Source of the DNA: Clostridiales bacterium
GTDB lineage: Bacteria > Bacillota > Dehalobacteriia > UBA7702
Assembly: GCA_040776805.1 (NCBI GenBank)
Contig: JAXGZS010000001.1
Span: forward strand, 621,206-685,205
Length of the DNA: 64,000 nucleotides
Reading direction: 5' to 3'
The notes below the pieces were generated by a model that did not search any database, was not told where the DNA came from, and saw nothing but the letters and a program-made list of their open reading frames with translations. Both the position numbers and the translations under genes were made by a program. Below, piece after piece: positions 9,454-18,778 of this stretch (its first letter is position 1; the number at the start of each line of letters is the position of its first letter).

Positions 9454-11211
9454 ATGCTTGATCCTAATGTTATGAAAGACTGGCAAATTGCGGAAGCTGC
9501 GGAGAAAGAATTACCTTCTGTTGACGCATTTCGCGAAAAAATGGGGTTACTTCCCGACGAAATTATTCCCTATGGTCGCACTCCCAAGTTGAATTTTCTC
9601 AAAATCATGGATCGCGTCAAAGATCAACCTGACGGGAAGTTCATCGAAGTTACTGCCATTACCCCCACTCCTTTGGGTGAAGGGAAATCCACCACCTCTT
9701 TGGGTATCATCGAAGGTCTCGGCAAACGCGGCATGAATGTCGGCGGTTGCCTGCGTCAGCCCTCCGGCGGACCGACCATGAACATCAAAGGTACTGCTGC
9801 CGGCGGCGGCAACGCACTGTTGATTCCGATGACGGAATTTTCTTTGGGCCTTACCGGTGATATCAACGAAATCACCAACGCCCACAATCTTTCTATGGTC
9901 GCTTTGAACGCGAGAATGCAGCATGAAAACAATTATAATGATGCAGAGCTGGCGGAAAAAGGTCTGAAACGCTTGGATATTGATCCTGAACGCGTGGAAA
10001 TGGGATGGGTGATTGACTTTGCCGCCCAATGCCTGCGCAACATTGAAATCGGTCTGGGCGGCCCGAAAGACGGCTTCCAGATGAAAAGCAAATTCGGTAT
10101 CTCCGTTAGTTCCGAATTGATGGCGATTCTTGCCGTCGCTCGCGATCTTGCGGACCTTAGAGAACGCGTCGGCAATATCATCGTTGCCTACGACAAACAG
10201 GGCAATCCCGTCACCACCGCTGATTTGCAGGTGGATGGCGCGATGACCGCCTGGATGCGCAATGCCATCAACCCGACTCTCTGTTACACTTCTGAGCTGC
10301 AGCCCTGCCTCGTTCATGCCGGCCCCTTCGCCAACATCGCCATCGGTCAGTCTTCCATCATCGGCGATAGATTGGCCTTGAAGATGTTCGATTACCATGT
10401 TACGGAAAGCGGTTTTGCCGCTGACATCGGTTTCGAAAAATTCTGGAATGTCAAATCCCGTATTTCCGGTTTGACGCCCAATGTCTCGATTCTCGTCTGC
10501 ACCGTTCGCGCCCTTAAAATGCACGGCGGCGGCCCCACCGTGGTTCCCGGCCGTCCTTTACCTGAAGAATACACCAAAGAAAACATCGATCTTCTTGAAA
10601 AAGGCATGTGCAATCTGATTCATCATATCAATACCATTAAAAAGTCGGGGATCAATCCCGTTGTTTGTATCAACAGCTTCAGCAGCGATACCGATGCGGA
10701 AATCAACCTGATTCGTCAAACCTGCGATAAAATGGGCGTTCGCTGCGCGAAATCCGAACATTGGAGATATGGCGGCGAGGGTGCTTTGGATCTGGCCGAT
10801 GCAGTCATCGATGCCTGCAAAGATCCTGTGGATCTCAAATTCCTCTATGACTTGGAAGTTCCCCTGCGTCAACGCGTGGAACTCATCGCCAAAGAAGTTT
10901 ACGGCGCCGACGGCGTAGAATGGTCCGATCTTGCCACTGAAAAGGCGAAACGCTTCGAAGCGGATCCCAAGTACAAAGACTTCTCTACCATGATGGTGAA
11001 AACACATTTGAGCTTGTCTCATGATCCTACCCTGAAAGGCGTGCCCAAAAACTGGAAACTGCCTATCCGCGACGTTTTGGTTTACGGCGGTGCCAAATTC
11101 CTCTGCCCCATGGCGGGTACGATCAGCTTGATGCCCGGTACCAGTTCCCGCCCGGCCTATATGAAGGTCGATGTGGATACCGCCACCGGCGCGGTCAAAG
11201 GACTGTTTTAA
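9454..11211 (+). CDS. fhs: Formate--tetrahydrofolate ligase
   Basis: The protein is alignable to FTHFS along its full length ([12 protein letters not shown]-loop, 586-aa size). ATG at 9454 was chosen over the upstream ORF extension. Confidence 0.95.
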   Translation: MLDPNVMKDWQIAEAAEKELPSVDAFREKMGLLPDEIIPYGRTPKLNFLKIMDRVKDQPDGKFIEVTAITPTPLGEGKSTTSLGIIEGLGKRGMNVGGCLRQPSGGPTMNIKGTAAGGGNALLIPMTEFSLGLTGDINEITNAHNLSMVALNARMQHENNYNDAELAEKGLKRLDIDPERVEMGWVIDFAAQCLRNIEIGLGGPKDGFQMKSKFGISVSSELMAILAVARDLADLRERVGNIIVAYDKQGNPVTTADLQVDGAMTAWMRNAINPTLCYTSELQPCLVHAGPFANIAIGQSSIIGDRLALKMFDYHVTESGFAADIGFEKFWNVKSRISGLTPNVSILVCTVRALKMHGGGPTVVPGRPLPEEYTKENIDLLEKGMCNLIHHINTIKKSGINPVVCINSFSSDTDAEINLIRQTCDKMGVRCAKSEHWRYGGEGALDLADAVIDACKDPVDLKFLYDLEVPLRQRVELIAKEVYGADGVEWSDLATEKAKRFEADPKYKDFSTMMVKTHLSLSHDPTLKGVPKNWKLPIRDVLVYGGAKFLCPMAGTISLMPGTSSRPAYMKVDVDTATGAVKGLF

Positions 11212-11232
11212 AAAAGATAGGAGGGAGCAGCG

Positions 11233-11862
11233 ATGCGATTTGCTGAAAAGACCTGTGATCAAGTGATCACGGAATTGGCTGCAAAAGCTCCCGTTCCCGG
11301 CGGCGGCGGTGCCTCAGCTCTGGTAGGGGCTGTAGGCACCGCCCTCGGCAATATGGTAGGGAGTTTCACCAAAGGAAAGAAAAAATTTGCGGACGTAGAA
11401 GAATCCATTATTTCCCTACAGGAAAAATGCGATGATCTGCAGAACAAGTTTTTAAATCTTATGGATGACGATGCAGAGAACTTTACACCGCTTTCGAAAG
11501 CCTACGGCATGAAAGAGGATACTCAAGAGCAGCGGGAGGAAAAGGCAAGAGTGATGGAGGAAGCGACCGTCAACGCCTGCCGCGTCCCGGAAAAGATTAT
11601 GGAACTATGCTGTGAAGCCATTGACGCTTTGGAGGAGTACCTGAAAATCGGGAATCCTCTCCTCGTCAGTGATGTGGGAGTCGGCGTTCTCTGCTGCAAG
11701 GCCGCCCTTTTTGGCGCGTCTTTGAATGTTTATATCAACACGAAGTCCATGCAAAACAAAGAAACCGCCTCTTCTATCAACGAGAGAACAGGGGAAATGC
11801 TGGCCGCCTACGGCAAAAAGGCGGATGACATTTACCATGCGGTGGCAAGACAGATCCAATAA
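11233..11862 (+). CDS. fchA: Methenyltetrahydrofolate cyclohydrolase (cyclodeaminase-domain protein)
   Basis: FTCD C-terminal cyclodeaminase-like fold (~209 aa, Gly-rich N-terminus VPGGGGASALVGA). It sits between fhs and folD, as in acetogens. Confidence 0.75.
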   Translation: MRFAEKTCDQVITELAAKAPVPGGGGASALVGAVGTALGNMVGSFTKGKKKFADVEESIISLQEKCDDLQNKFLNLMDDDAENFTPLSKAYGMKEDTQEQREEKARVMEEATVNACRVPEKIMELCCEAIDALEEYLKIGNPLLVSDVGVGVLCCKAALFGASLNVYINTKSMQNKETASSINERTGEMLAAYGKKADDIYHAVARQIQ

Positions 11863-11896
11863 ATATTAAACAATAAACAAAAGGAAGGGAGATATT

Positions 11897-12754
11897 ATGG
11901 CAAAGATTTTATCCGGTAAGGAAGTTGCCGCGGCTTTGAAAGAAGATCTTTTAAAACGTGTTGCGGCGTTAAAAGATAAGGGCGTCACGCCAACCTTAGC
12001 CATTGTGCGAGTGGGAGAAAAAGACAGCGACATTGCTTATGAAAAAGGCGCCATGAAAAAATCGGAAACCTTGGGCATTGCCGTGAAAAACGTCATTTTC
12101 CCGGCGGATGTGGAAGAAGCCAAACTCATTGCCGCCCTTGAAGAACTCAACGGCGCCAAGGATGTTCACGGTGTGCTGTTATTCCGTCCGTTACCCGAAC
12201 ATTTGAATTATGACCGTGTCTGCAATACGCTGATTGCGGATAAAGACGTCGACGCCATGACCACCATCAACAGCGGTTTGGTCTATGACGGCAGTGAGGA
12301 CGGGTTCCCTCCCTGCACCGCCCAGGCGGTTATGGAAATATTGGATTATTATGAGATTCCCGTTAAGAGCGCGAAAGTCGCTTTGGTGGGCTGGGGTGCC
12401 GTGGTCGGAAAACCCCTTTCCGTACTGTTGCTGAACCGCTTTGCCACCTTAACGGTGTGTCATATCTTTACAAAAGATGTCTCCACCCCCTGTCAAGACG
12501 CGGAGCTGATTATTTCTGCGGCAGGGAAAGCCAACTTGGTGGGAGAAAAACACTTGGCAAAAGGTCAGATCGTCATCGACGTGGGGATCAACGCAGACCC
12601 CAACAACCCCGGAAAAATCGTGGGGGATGTCGATTATGCTTATGCGGAAAACCTTGTTGACGCCATTACCCCGGTTCCCGGCGGCGTGGGCAGCGTTACC
12701 ACTTCCGTGTTGGCAAAACATGTGATCATGGCTGCTGAAAAAACCCTTAGATAA
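11897..12754 (+). CDS. folD: Bifunctional methylene-THF dehydrogenase / methenyl-THF cyclohydrolase
   Basis: 285 aa. Conserved FolD regions are present, including a GxGxVGKP Rossmann motif (GWGAVVGKP). Confidence 0.9.
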   Translation: MAKILSGKEVAAALKEDLLKRVAALKDKGVTPTLAIVRVGEKDSDIAYEKGAMKKSETLGIAVKNVIFPADVEEAKLIAALEELNGAKDVHGVLLFRPLPEHLNYDRVCNTLIADKDVDAMTTINSGLVYDGSEDGFPPCTAQAVMEILDYYEIPVKSAKVALVGWGAVVGKPLSVLLLNRFATLTVCHIFTKDVSTPCQDAELIISAAGKANLVGEKHLAKGQIVIDVGINADPNNPGKIVGDVDYAYAENLVDAITPVPGGVGSVTTSVLAKHVIMAAEKTLR

Positions 12755-12787
12755 TTCCTTCTAAGGCGACGAAAGGAGTTGAACCAC

Positions 12788-14377
12788 GTGACCAACAGAT
12801 TTAAGGAGTCTCTTTTGGACCCTGGTACCTTTTCGGTAACCTGGGAAATCGTCCCCGGTCGTGGCGCCAATGAAAAAGCCCAGATCGAAGCGATTGAAAC
12901 CGCCAAGGCAGGGGCGAAGGATCCCCGCATCCACGCCATCACCATTACAGACTGTCCCAGCGGGAATCCCGCGATTTTAGCGGAGAATCTGGGCAAAGAG
13001 ATTCTGGATTTGGGCATTGAGCCATTGGTTCATTTTACCTGTAAAGATAAAAACAGAACCCAAATGGAAAGCCAACTGTATGCCATGGCCAGAAGCGGTA
13101 TCCGCAACATACTGGTGATGACCGGTGACTATGTCAACGATGCCTATCAAGGCCGCGCCAAACCGGTTTTTGACATTGACCCCATTCAGTGCGGCGGCTT
13201 GATTTCCACCATGAATCAGGGCTTAGAATATCAAGTCGGTCCCAGAACCATCAAAAACCAACCCACCGATTTCTTTTACGGCTGTGCCGTATCGCCCTTC
13301 AAAAGTCAGGAATCCGAGCAGATCGGACAGTATAACAAGCTGATCAAAAAAGTGAGAGACGGCGGCGCGCAATTTGTCATTTGCCAGCTGGGCTATGATA
13401 TACGGAAATTCCATGAAACCTTCCAATTTATGGAGCAAAATGGGCTGAACGTACCTTTGGTTGGCAATATTTACATTTTGCCTTTCGGCGCAGGGAGATT
13501 GATGAACAGAAACGGGATTCCCGGCGCTGTCGTCACCGATAAGCTTCTGCACCAGCTTGAAAAAGAAAAACAGGCGGAAGATAAGGGCAAAGAAGCGAGA
13601 TTGATGCGGGCTGCAAAAATGTACGGCATCATGAAGGGCATCGGTTTTGCCGGCGCTCACATCGGCGGCCACGGCATGAGCGCCGATGATATGGATTATA
13701 TCATCGTCGAAGGCGAAAAGTACGCGGGTAACTGGAAATCCCATGTAGATGAATTCGATTATCCCATGAAAAACGGTTTCTATTATTATCAGAAGGATCC
13801 CGAAACGGGTCTGAATTCGGAAAAACGTACGGAAATCGATCCCGATAATTTGGAATTCCGCGTGGGCGGGATCTATCATATGTCCCATTTTGTCCACTGG
13901 CTGATGATGACTCCGGGGAAAAATCTTTTTAACTTTATGCGCGGTTTCTACAAACTCATCGACGATACCAAAGTGGAGCGTCCCTATCACTTCTGCGAAC
14001 ACATGGCAAAGGTTATGCTCTATGACTGCAAAGACTGCGGCGACTGCGCCATGACCCATACGGCCTACGCCTGTCCGATGTCGAAATGTCCCAAACATCA
14101 AAGGAACGGCCCCTGCGGCGGCAGCCGTGACGGCTGGTGCGAAGTATATCCCGAGAAGAAGAAATGCATCTACGTCAAAGCCTATACCCGCCTGAAAGGG
14201 TACGGCTTGGAAGAGGAATTATCTACATATTCCGTGGCGCCTTGCGACTGGAAACTTTACCAGAAGCCCTCTTGGGTCAATTATTTCCTCGGCCGCGATC
14301 ATGATGCGAAACGCTTGGGCATTCCTTATGTGCCGCCGAAAGCGGAACGCAAAGCAATGAAACGGAACGCAAAATAA
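12788..14377 (+). CDS. metF: Methylenetetrahydrofolate reductase fused to a C-terminal MetV-like Cys-rich zinc-ribbon domain
   Basis: The N-terminal ~300 aa are alignable to MTHFR (EIVPGRG, HFTCKD, ILVMTGD). The C-terminal ~230 aa carry CKDCGDCA...CPMSKCPKHQRNGPCGG, the MetV / MTHFR-C-terminal-domain signature. GTG at 12788 is preceded by AAGGAG. Confidence 0.85.
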   Translation: MTNRFKESLLDPGTFSVTWEIVPGRGANEKAQIEAIETAKAGAKDPRIHAITITDCPSGNPAILAENLGKEILDLGIEPLVHFTCKDKNRTQMESQLYAMARSGIRNILVMTGDYVNDAYQGRAKPVFDIDPIQCGGLISTMNQGLEYQVGPRTIKNQPTDFFYGCAVSPFKSQESEQIGQYNKLIKKVRDGGAQFVICQLGYDIRKFHETFQFMEQNGLNVPLVGNIYILPFGAGRLMNRNGIPGAVVTDKLLHQLEKEKQAEDKGKEARLMRAAKMYGIMKGIGFAGAHIGGHGMSADDMDYIIVEGEKYAGNWKSHVDEFDYPMKNGFYYYQKDPETGLNSEKRTEIDPDNLEFRVGGIYHMSHFVHWLMMTPGKNLFNFMRGFYKLIDDTKVERPYHFCEHMAKVMLYDCKDCGDCAMTHTAYACPMSKCPKHQRNGPCGGSRDGWCEVYPEKKKCIYVKAYTRLKGYGLEEELSTYSVAPCDWKLYQKPSWVNYFLGRDHDAKRLGIPYVPPKAERKAMKRNAK

Positions 14378-14416
14378 CGCAGTCAGCAGAAATAAGATTT
14401 CAGTTAGGGTGATTTT

Positions 14417-14785
14417 ATGTTCAACATCAGTTTTGCCGAGCTTATGGTTATTCTGCTCATCACCTTCCTGGTGTTGGGACCGAAAGAAATGGCCAAAGTC
14501 GCCCGGGGTTTGGGCAAAGCCGTCAAAAAAGCCCAAAACTTTGTGACGGATATGAAGAACTTTGTCAATGAAAGCGCGGAAGGCACCCCTTTAAACGATA
14601 TGAAGGAGGCGGTTACCGACGTCAAGGAAGCGGTCGATTCAGTAAAAGCCGAAGTTGATAAAATGAACCCTGTCAGTGATCTCAAAAAAGAGATCGAAAC
14701 GGAAATCAAACCGATACAAGACATCAAAAACTTAAAGACCAATCCTGCCAAAAAAGGAGCGGATCTTTTGCAGAAAAAAAAGTAA
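14417..14785 (+). CDS. tatB: TatA/TatB family twin-arginine translocase subunit
   Basis: An N-terminal TM helix is followed by a hinge and an amphipathic helix (FGPKEMAKVARGLGKAVKK). The acidic/charged tail is longer than in TatA. Confidence 0.75.
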   Translation: MFNISFAELMVILLITFLVLGPKEMAKVARGLGKAVKKAQNFVTDMKNFVNESAEGTPLNDMKEAVTDVKEAVDSVKAEVDKMNPVSDLKKEIETEIKPIQDIKNLKTNPAKKGADLLQKKK

Positions 14786-14815
14786 AATCCTTTTAAGAAA
14801 GGGGGAAACCTCTCA

Positions 14816-16429
14816 ATGAGTAAGGGAAATAAAAAGGAAAAAATTGATCCCAAACTAACAAGACGACAATTCTTGGGACTTACCGCCGCCGCCGGTACCA
14901 TGGCGGCGCTCACCGGTTGCGATGTTGTGGATAAAGTAGGCGGCAATGACAATTGGCTGCCCACCCAATACCGCAACAGCGGCAACTACCCGATCAACGC
15001 CAAGGGGCGCATTCCCATCGATCCCGATAATCCGTCGATCATGCGCATCGACGAGAAATGCATCCTCTGCGGGCAGTGCATTGAGGTATGCCAGAATACA
15101 CAGACCATTCACGGTTACTATAAATTGCCTGTTTTGGATACCTTTATGTGCATTAACTGCGGGCAGTGCAGTTTGTGGTGTCCCACCGGTGCCATCCAGG
15201 AAAAGCCCTATATCGACGAGGTTAATGCAGCCATCAACGATCCCGATAAGATCGTGGTGGTGGCCATCTCTCCCGGGGTGCGCATCTCCATCGGCGAAGA
15301 ATTCGGCATGGAGGCGGGGACTTGGGCCCAGGAACAAATGGTTACTGCCGTCCGCCGTCTCGGTGCGGATTACGTATTCAATATCGACTTCTCCTCAGAC
15401 TCCACCATCATGGAGGAAGGCAGCGAGTTTGTCCACCGTGTTACCAACGATGGTGTTCTGCCTCAGTTTACCTCCTGCTGTCCGGCATGGAAGAAATTTG
15501 TCGAATTATACTATCCGGAATTGATTCCCAACATCTCATCGGCAAAAAGCCCCGTGGCGGAAATGGCTGCCTTGGTAAAGACCTATTGGGCGAAGAAAAA
15601 AGGGATCGATCCCTCTAAAATCGTCTATGTGAACGTTCCGCCCTGTACCTGCAAGAAATTCGAAGCCACCACGTTCAATATCGATTCGGCAGCCCGATAT
15701 TGGGAAGAATATGAAGATATCGATTACGGTGCTATCCCCGATATCGATTATGTGCTTTCCACCAGAGAGCTGGCGAGGATGATCAAAACCGCTAATATTG
15801 ATTTTGTCAATTTGCCCGCGGGAGAATTCGACCCCATGCTCAGTGAAGGCAGCGGCGCGGCGGTGATTTTCGCCAACAACGGCGGCGTGATGGAAGCGGC
15901 GATTCGTACCGCCTATTATCTCGTCACCGGAGAGGATCCCCCGGACGACCTTTATCATTTGACGGCTGTCCGCGACAACGACCTCGACGGGTATGCCGAA
16001 GGCAGCCTTGAGGTTCCCGGTTTCGGCACCCTCAATGTGGCGGTTTGCAACGGGTTACACGCCGCCCGTACCCTCTGTGAAGAGATCAAACAGGGCAAAC
16101 GCCCTGAATTGCATTTCCTGGAAGTCATGGCCTGTCCCGGCGGTTGTATCGGCGGCGGCGGCCAGGCCAGAAAAACAGTGCCTCCTACGGACGCTCTGCG
16201 GAAAGCCCGTATTGATTCCATTTACGCTGCCGATGAGGCCATGAATAAAGCGGACAGAGTCAGCTACAAGAATGCTGAAATCGCCACTTTATACAAAGAA
16301 TTCCTCGGTGAGCCTTTGAGCGAACTGTCGGAGTTACTCCTGCATATGCACTACATCGACAGAAGTAAGTCGGTCCATCCGAAAGATACCTCGGATTACG
16401 TCGATACTTACTTCTCCGGTTTGGAATAG
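14816..16429 (+). CDS. hydA: [FeFe]-hydrogenase catalytic subunit with Tat signal peptide and lipobox (exported, membrane-anchored)
   Basis: The N-terminus carries an RRQFLG twin-arginine motif followed by a lipobox LTGC. There are two ferredoxin-like CxxCxxCxxxCP motifs. All three H-cluster signatures are present: TSCCPAW (L1), PPCTCKKFE (L2) and MACPGGCIGGGGQ (L3). Confidence 0.9.
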   Translation: MSKGNKKEKIDPKLTRRQFLGLTAAAGTMAALTGCDVVDKVGGNDNWLPTQYRNSGNYPINAKGRIPIDPDNPSIMRIDEKCILCGQCIEVCQNTQTIHGYYKLPVLDTFMCINCGQCSLWCPTGAIQEKPYIDEVNAAINDPDKIVVVAISPGVRISIGEEFGMEAGTWAQEQMVTAVRRLGADYVFNIDFSSDSTIMEEGSEFVHRVTNDGVLPQFTSCCPAWKKFVELYYPELIPNISSAKSPVAEMAALVKTYWAKKKGIDPSKIVYVNVPPCTCKKFEATTFNIDSAARYWEEYEDIDYGAIPDIDYVLSTRELARMIKTANIDFVNLPAGEFDPMLSEGSGAAVIFANNGGVMEAAIRTAYYLVTGEDPPDDLYHLTAVRDNDLDGYAEGSLEVPGFGTLNVAVCNGLHAARTLCEEIKQGKRPELHFLEVMACPGGCIGGGGQARKTVPPTDALRKARIDSIYAADEAMNKADRVSYKNAEIATLYKEFLGEPLSELSELLLHMHYIDRSKSVHPKDTSDYVDTYFSGLE

Positions 16430-16442
16430 GAGGTGAGCATTG

Positions 16443-17267
16443 ATGAGTAGTAATAGTGCTGTTTTATTCAACGTTGCCAAATGCATTGGCTGCGGCAGCT
16501 GTACCGTTGCCTGCAAACTATGGAACGACCTTGAATTCGGGGATAGCAATGCTCACGGATTTGACGCGGCATTGGCCGCGGATAACTGGACCGTTGTTCA
16601 GTATCACGCCATTAAAAACAAAGAGGATCAAAGCGTATTCCGTTTTGCCAAACGCCAATGTATGCACTGCCTGGAACCTTCTTGCGCTTCCGTTTGTTTC
16701 GCCAACGCCATTACCGTGGACGAAAGCGGCGCCGTGGTTTACAGCCCCAAAAAATGTGTGGGTTGCCGCTATTGCCTGATTGCCTGTCCCTTTGACGTGC
16801 CGAAATACGAGTGGAATAAGGTCTTCCCTTCGGTGATGAAATGCCAGCTTTGCAATGATAAATTGGCGGAAGGCGAAATTCCTTCCTGCGTTTCGGTTTG
16901 TCCCACCGGCGCCCTTATTTTCGGCGACCGCGACAAACTGCTGGAAAAAGCCCATGCCATCATCGCCACTTCCGCGGCCACGGAAAATATGGAAGCAACC
17001 CATTACGTCAATGAGGTCTACGGTGAAAAACAGGCGGGGGGTACCCGTTGGCTGTATATCTCCGACGTTCCTTTCACGGAATTGGGCTTCCCCGCTTCCG
17101 TGCCGAAGAAGAGCATACCGGGAATTGTCCAAGATTACACCAAGTGGAAACCGGGGGTATTTCTGGGAGCCGCCGCGGCCTTTGGCGCCATCGGCATCTA
17201 TACCAAACGCAGACTGAAAATTGAAGAAGAAAAAGCCGGTGAGAATGGAGGCGAAAATAATGTTTGA
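16443..17267 (+). CDS. Four-cluster [4Fe-4S] electron-transfer subunit (FdnH/HybA/PsrB-like) with C-terminal TM anchor
   Basis: Four Cys clusters are present (CIGCGSCTVAC, CMHCLEPSCASVC, CVGCRYCLIACP, CQLC...CVSVCP). There is no signal peptide. A C-terminal hydrophobic helix GVFLGAAAAFGAIGIY is followed by KRRLK. Confidence 0.85.
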   Translation: MSSNSAVLFNVAKCIGCGSCTVACKLWNDLEFGDSNAHGFDAALAADNWTVVQYHAIKNKEDQSVFRFAKRQCMHCLEPSCASVCFANAITVDESGAVVYSPKKCVGCRYCLIACPFDVPKYEWNKVFPSVMKCQLCNDKLAEGEIPSCVSVCPTGALIFGDRDKLLEKAHAIIATSAATENMEATHYVNEVYGEKQAGGTRWLYISDVPFTELGFPASVPKKSIPGIVQDYTKWKPGVFLGAAAAFGAIGIYTKRRLKIEEEKAGENGGENNV

Positions 17268-18471
17268 TTATACTCTCAAGATCAATAAAAAAGCAAGTTT
17301 TCGCTTTACACTGACGCGTTGGATCCTTTTGCTTTTGGCCGCGTTCGGCATCTTCATTTTGATCTACCGCCTCATCAACGGCTTGGGGGCCACCACGAAT
17401 TTGTCTGACGAATGGCCCTGGGGCTTTTGGATCTATATGGATTTGATCTTAAGCGCCTTGGGCGCCTGCGGTTTCGCCGTCGCCATTCTAACCCACATTT
17501 TCCATGTGGAAAAATTCAAACCGTTGGCCCGCAGAGCCTTGCTGATGTCATTTTGCTGTTATGTCCTCGTATTCCTGATTCTCTTTATTGAAATCGGGCG
17601 TTGGGATAACTTCTACTGGTTCTTTATTTCGGGAGCTTTTACTTCACCCCTTTATGAAGTGGCCATTTGTATCACCCTCTACATCATCGTGCAGGTATTT
17701 GAACTTTTGGAAGTTTGGGGCGACCGTTATAAATCCTGGGTGAAACATATTACCCGGTTTTTCCTGCCCTTCTTTGTCCTCTTGGCCTGTATCATTCCCT
17801 TTGGTCAAGAAGCGGCATACGGCGCGCTTTACCTGGCGATGCCGGCGAAACTCAGCACGATTTGGTACTCGCAATTCCTGCCTTGGGCTTGTTTGATCAC
17901 TTCGTTTTCCGGTGGTCTCTGTTTTGTGGCTGCGGAATATTACGCCCACAACCGTCACTATAAAAAGACCTCCGACGACGCCATGATCAAGAGCTTGCTG
18001 CGGGTTGCCGGTGCCTTCATCCTCATCTACATCGTACTGAAATTCGTCGATCTTTCCGTGCGCGGCGCCTGGACCGAAGTGTTCTCCGGCTCTGCTTCCG
18101 GAAATATGTTCCTCGTAGAATTCATTGTGGGTTCCATTGTTCCTGCGGTGCTGATTTTCAGCCCCATGATCAAGAACTCAATGTGTCAGCTGATTGCCGC
18201 CATTTGCGGTATATTGGGTGTATTAATCAATCGTTTTGATTTCGTTTTTGTCGGCATGGCAGGCTACACCGACGTATCCTATTTCCCCAAATGGACAGAA
18301 ATTTGGCTGGTCATCGGCCTTACCGCGCTGGTGGCGCTAGTCTATATCTTCGCCGTTGAAAACCTTCCCGTCAACCAGGGGAAACACGACGAAAAACCGG
18401 ACATCGTCAGCCGTCCGCCGGCAGGGATCATCCATGTATCCAAAAATGAACAAAACAGTGTTTCTGAATAA
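17260..18471 (+). CDS. NrfD/PsrC/HybB-family integral membrane (quinone-interacting) subunit
   Basis: ~400 aa with 8-10 hydrophobic helices. The typical NrfD-like N-terminal region is present. ATG at 17260 is preceded by GGAGG and overlaps the upstream gene by 8 nt. Confidence 0.8.
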   Translation: MFDYTLKINKKASFRFTLTRWILLLLAAFGIFILIYRLINGLGATTNLSDEWPWGFWIYMDLILSALGACGFAVAILTHIFHVEKFKPLARRALLMSFCCYVLVFLILFIEIGRWDNFYWFFISGAFTSPLYEVAICITLYIIVQVFELLEVWGDRYKSWVKHITRFFLPFFVLLACIIPFGQEAAYGALYLAMPAKLSTIWYSQFLPWACLITSFSGGLCFVAAEYYAHNRHYKKTSDDAMIKSLLRVAGAFILIYIVLKFVDLSVRGAWTEVFSGSASGNMFLVEFIVGSIVPAVLIFSPMIKNSMCQLIAAICGILGVLINRFDFVFVGMAGYTDVSYFPKWTEIWLVIGLTALVALVYIFAVENLPVNQGKHDEKPDIVSRPPAGIIHVSKNEQNSVSE

Positions 18472-18515
18472 ACACGTTATTCTTGCCGAGAAGTAGGCAG
18501 AAGGGGGATGCTCTT

Positions 18516-18752
18516 ATGAGAATTGGTGTATGGGAAATACTTCTGATCATCGTTTTGGTGCTTATCCTTTTTGGTGGCGCCAAGTTAGCCGGGGTCGGCA
18601 AAAACTTGGGACGCGGCATCAAAGAGTTTAAAGAAGAGGTTAAAGACACCGGCGAATCCTCTCCACAGGTTGCGGAAGCGTCTGCGGAAGAAACCAAAAA
18701 AGCGGAAGATACCGAAAAAAAGGAAGCTAAAAATTCCGAGCCCGACGCATAA
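18516..18752 (+). CDS. tatA: Twin-arginine translocase subunit TatA
   Basis: ILLIIVLVLILFGGAKLAGVGKNLGRGIKEFK is a canonical TatA TM-hinge-amphipathic-helix region. Confidence 0.9.
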   Translation: MRIGVWEILLIIVLVLILFGGAKLAGVGKNLGRGIKEFKEEVKDTGESSPQVAEASAEETKKAEDTEKKEAKNSEPDA

Positions 18753-18778
18753 TAAGTTTATCATTTCGTAAGAAGAAG

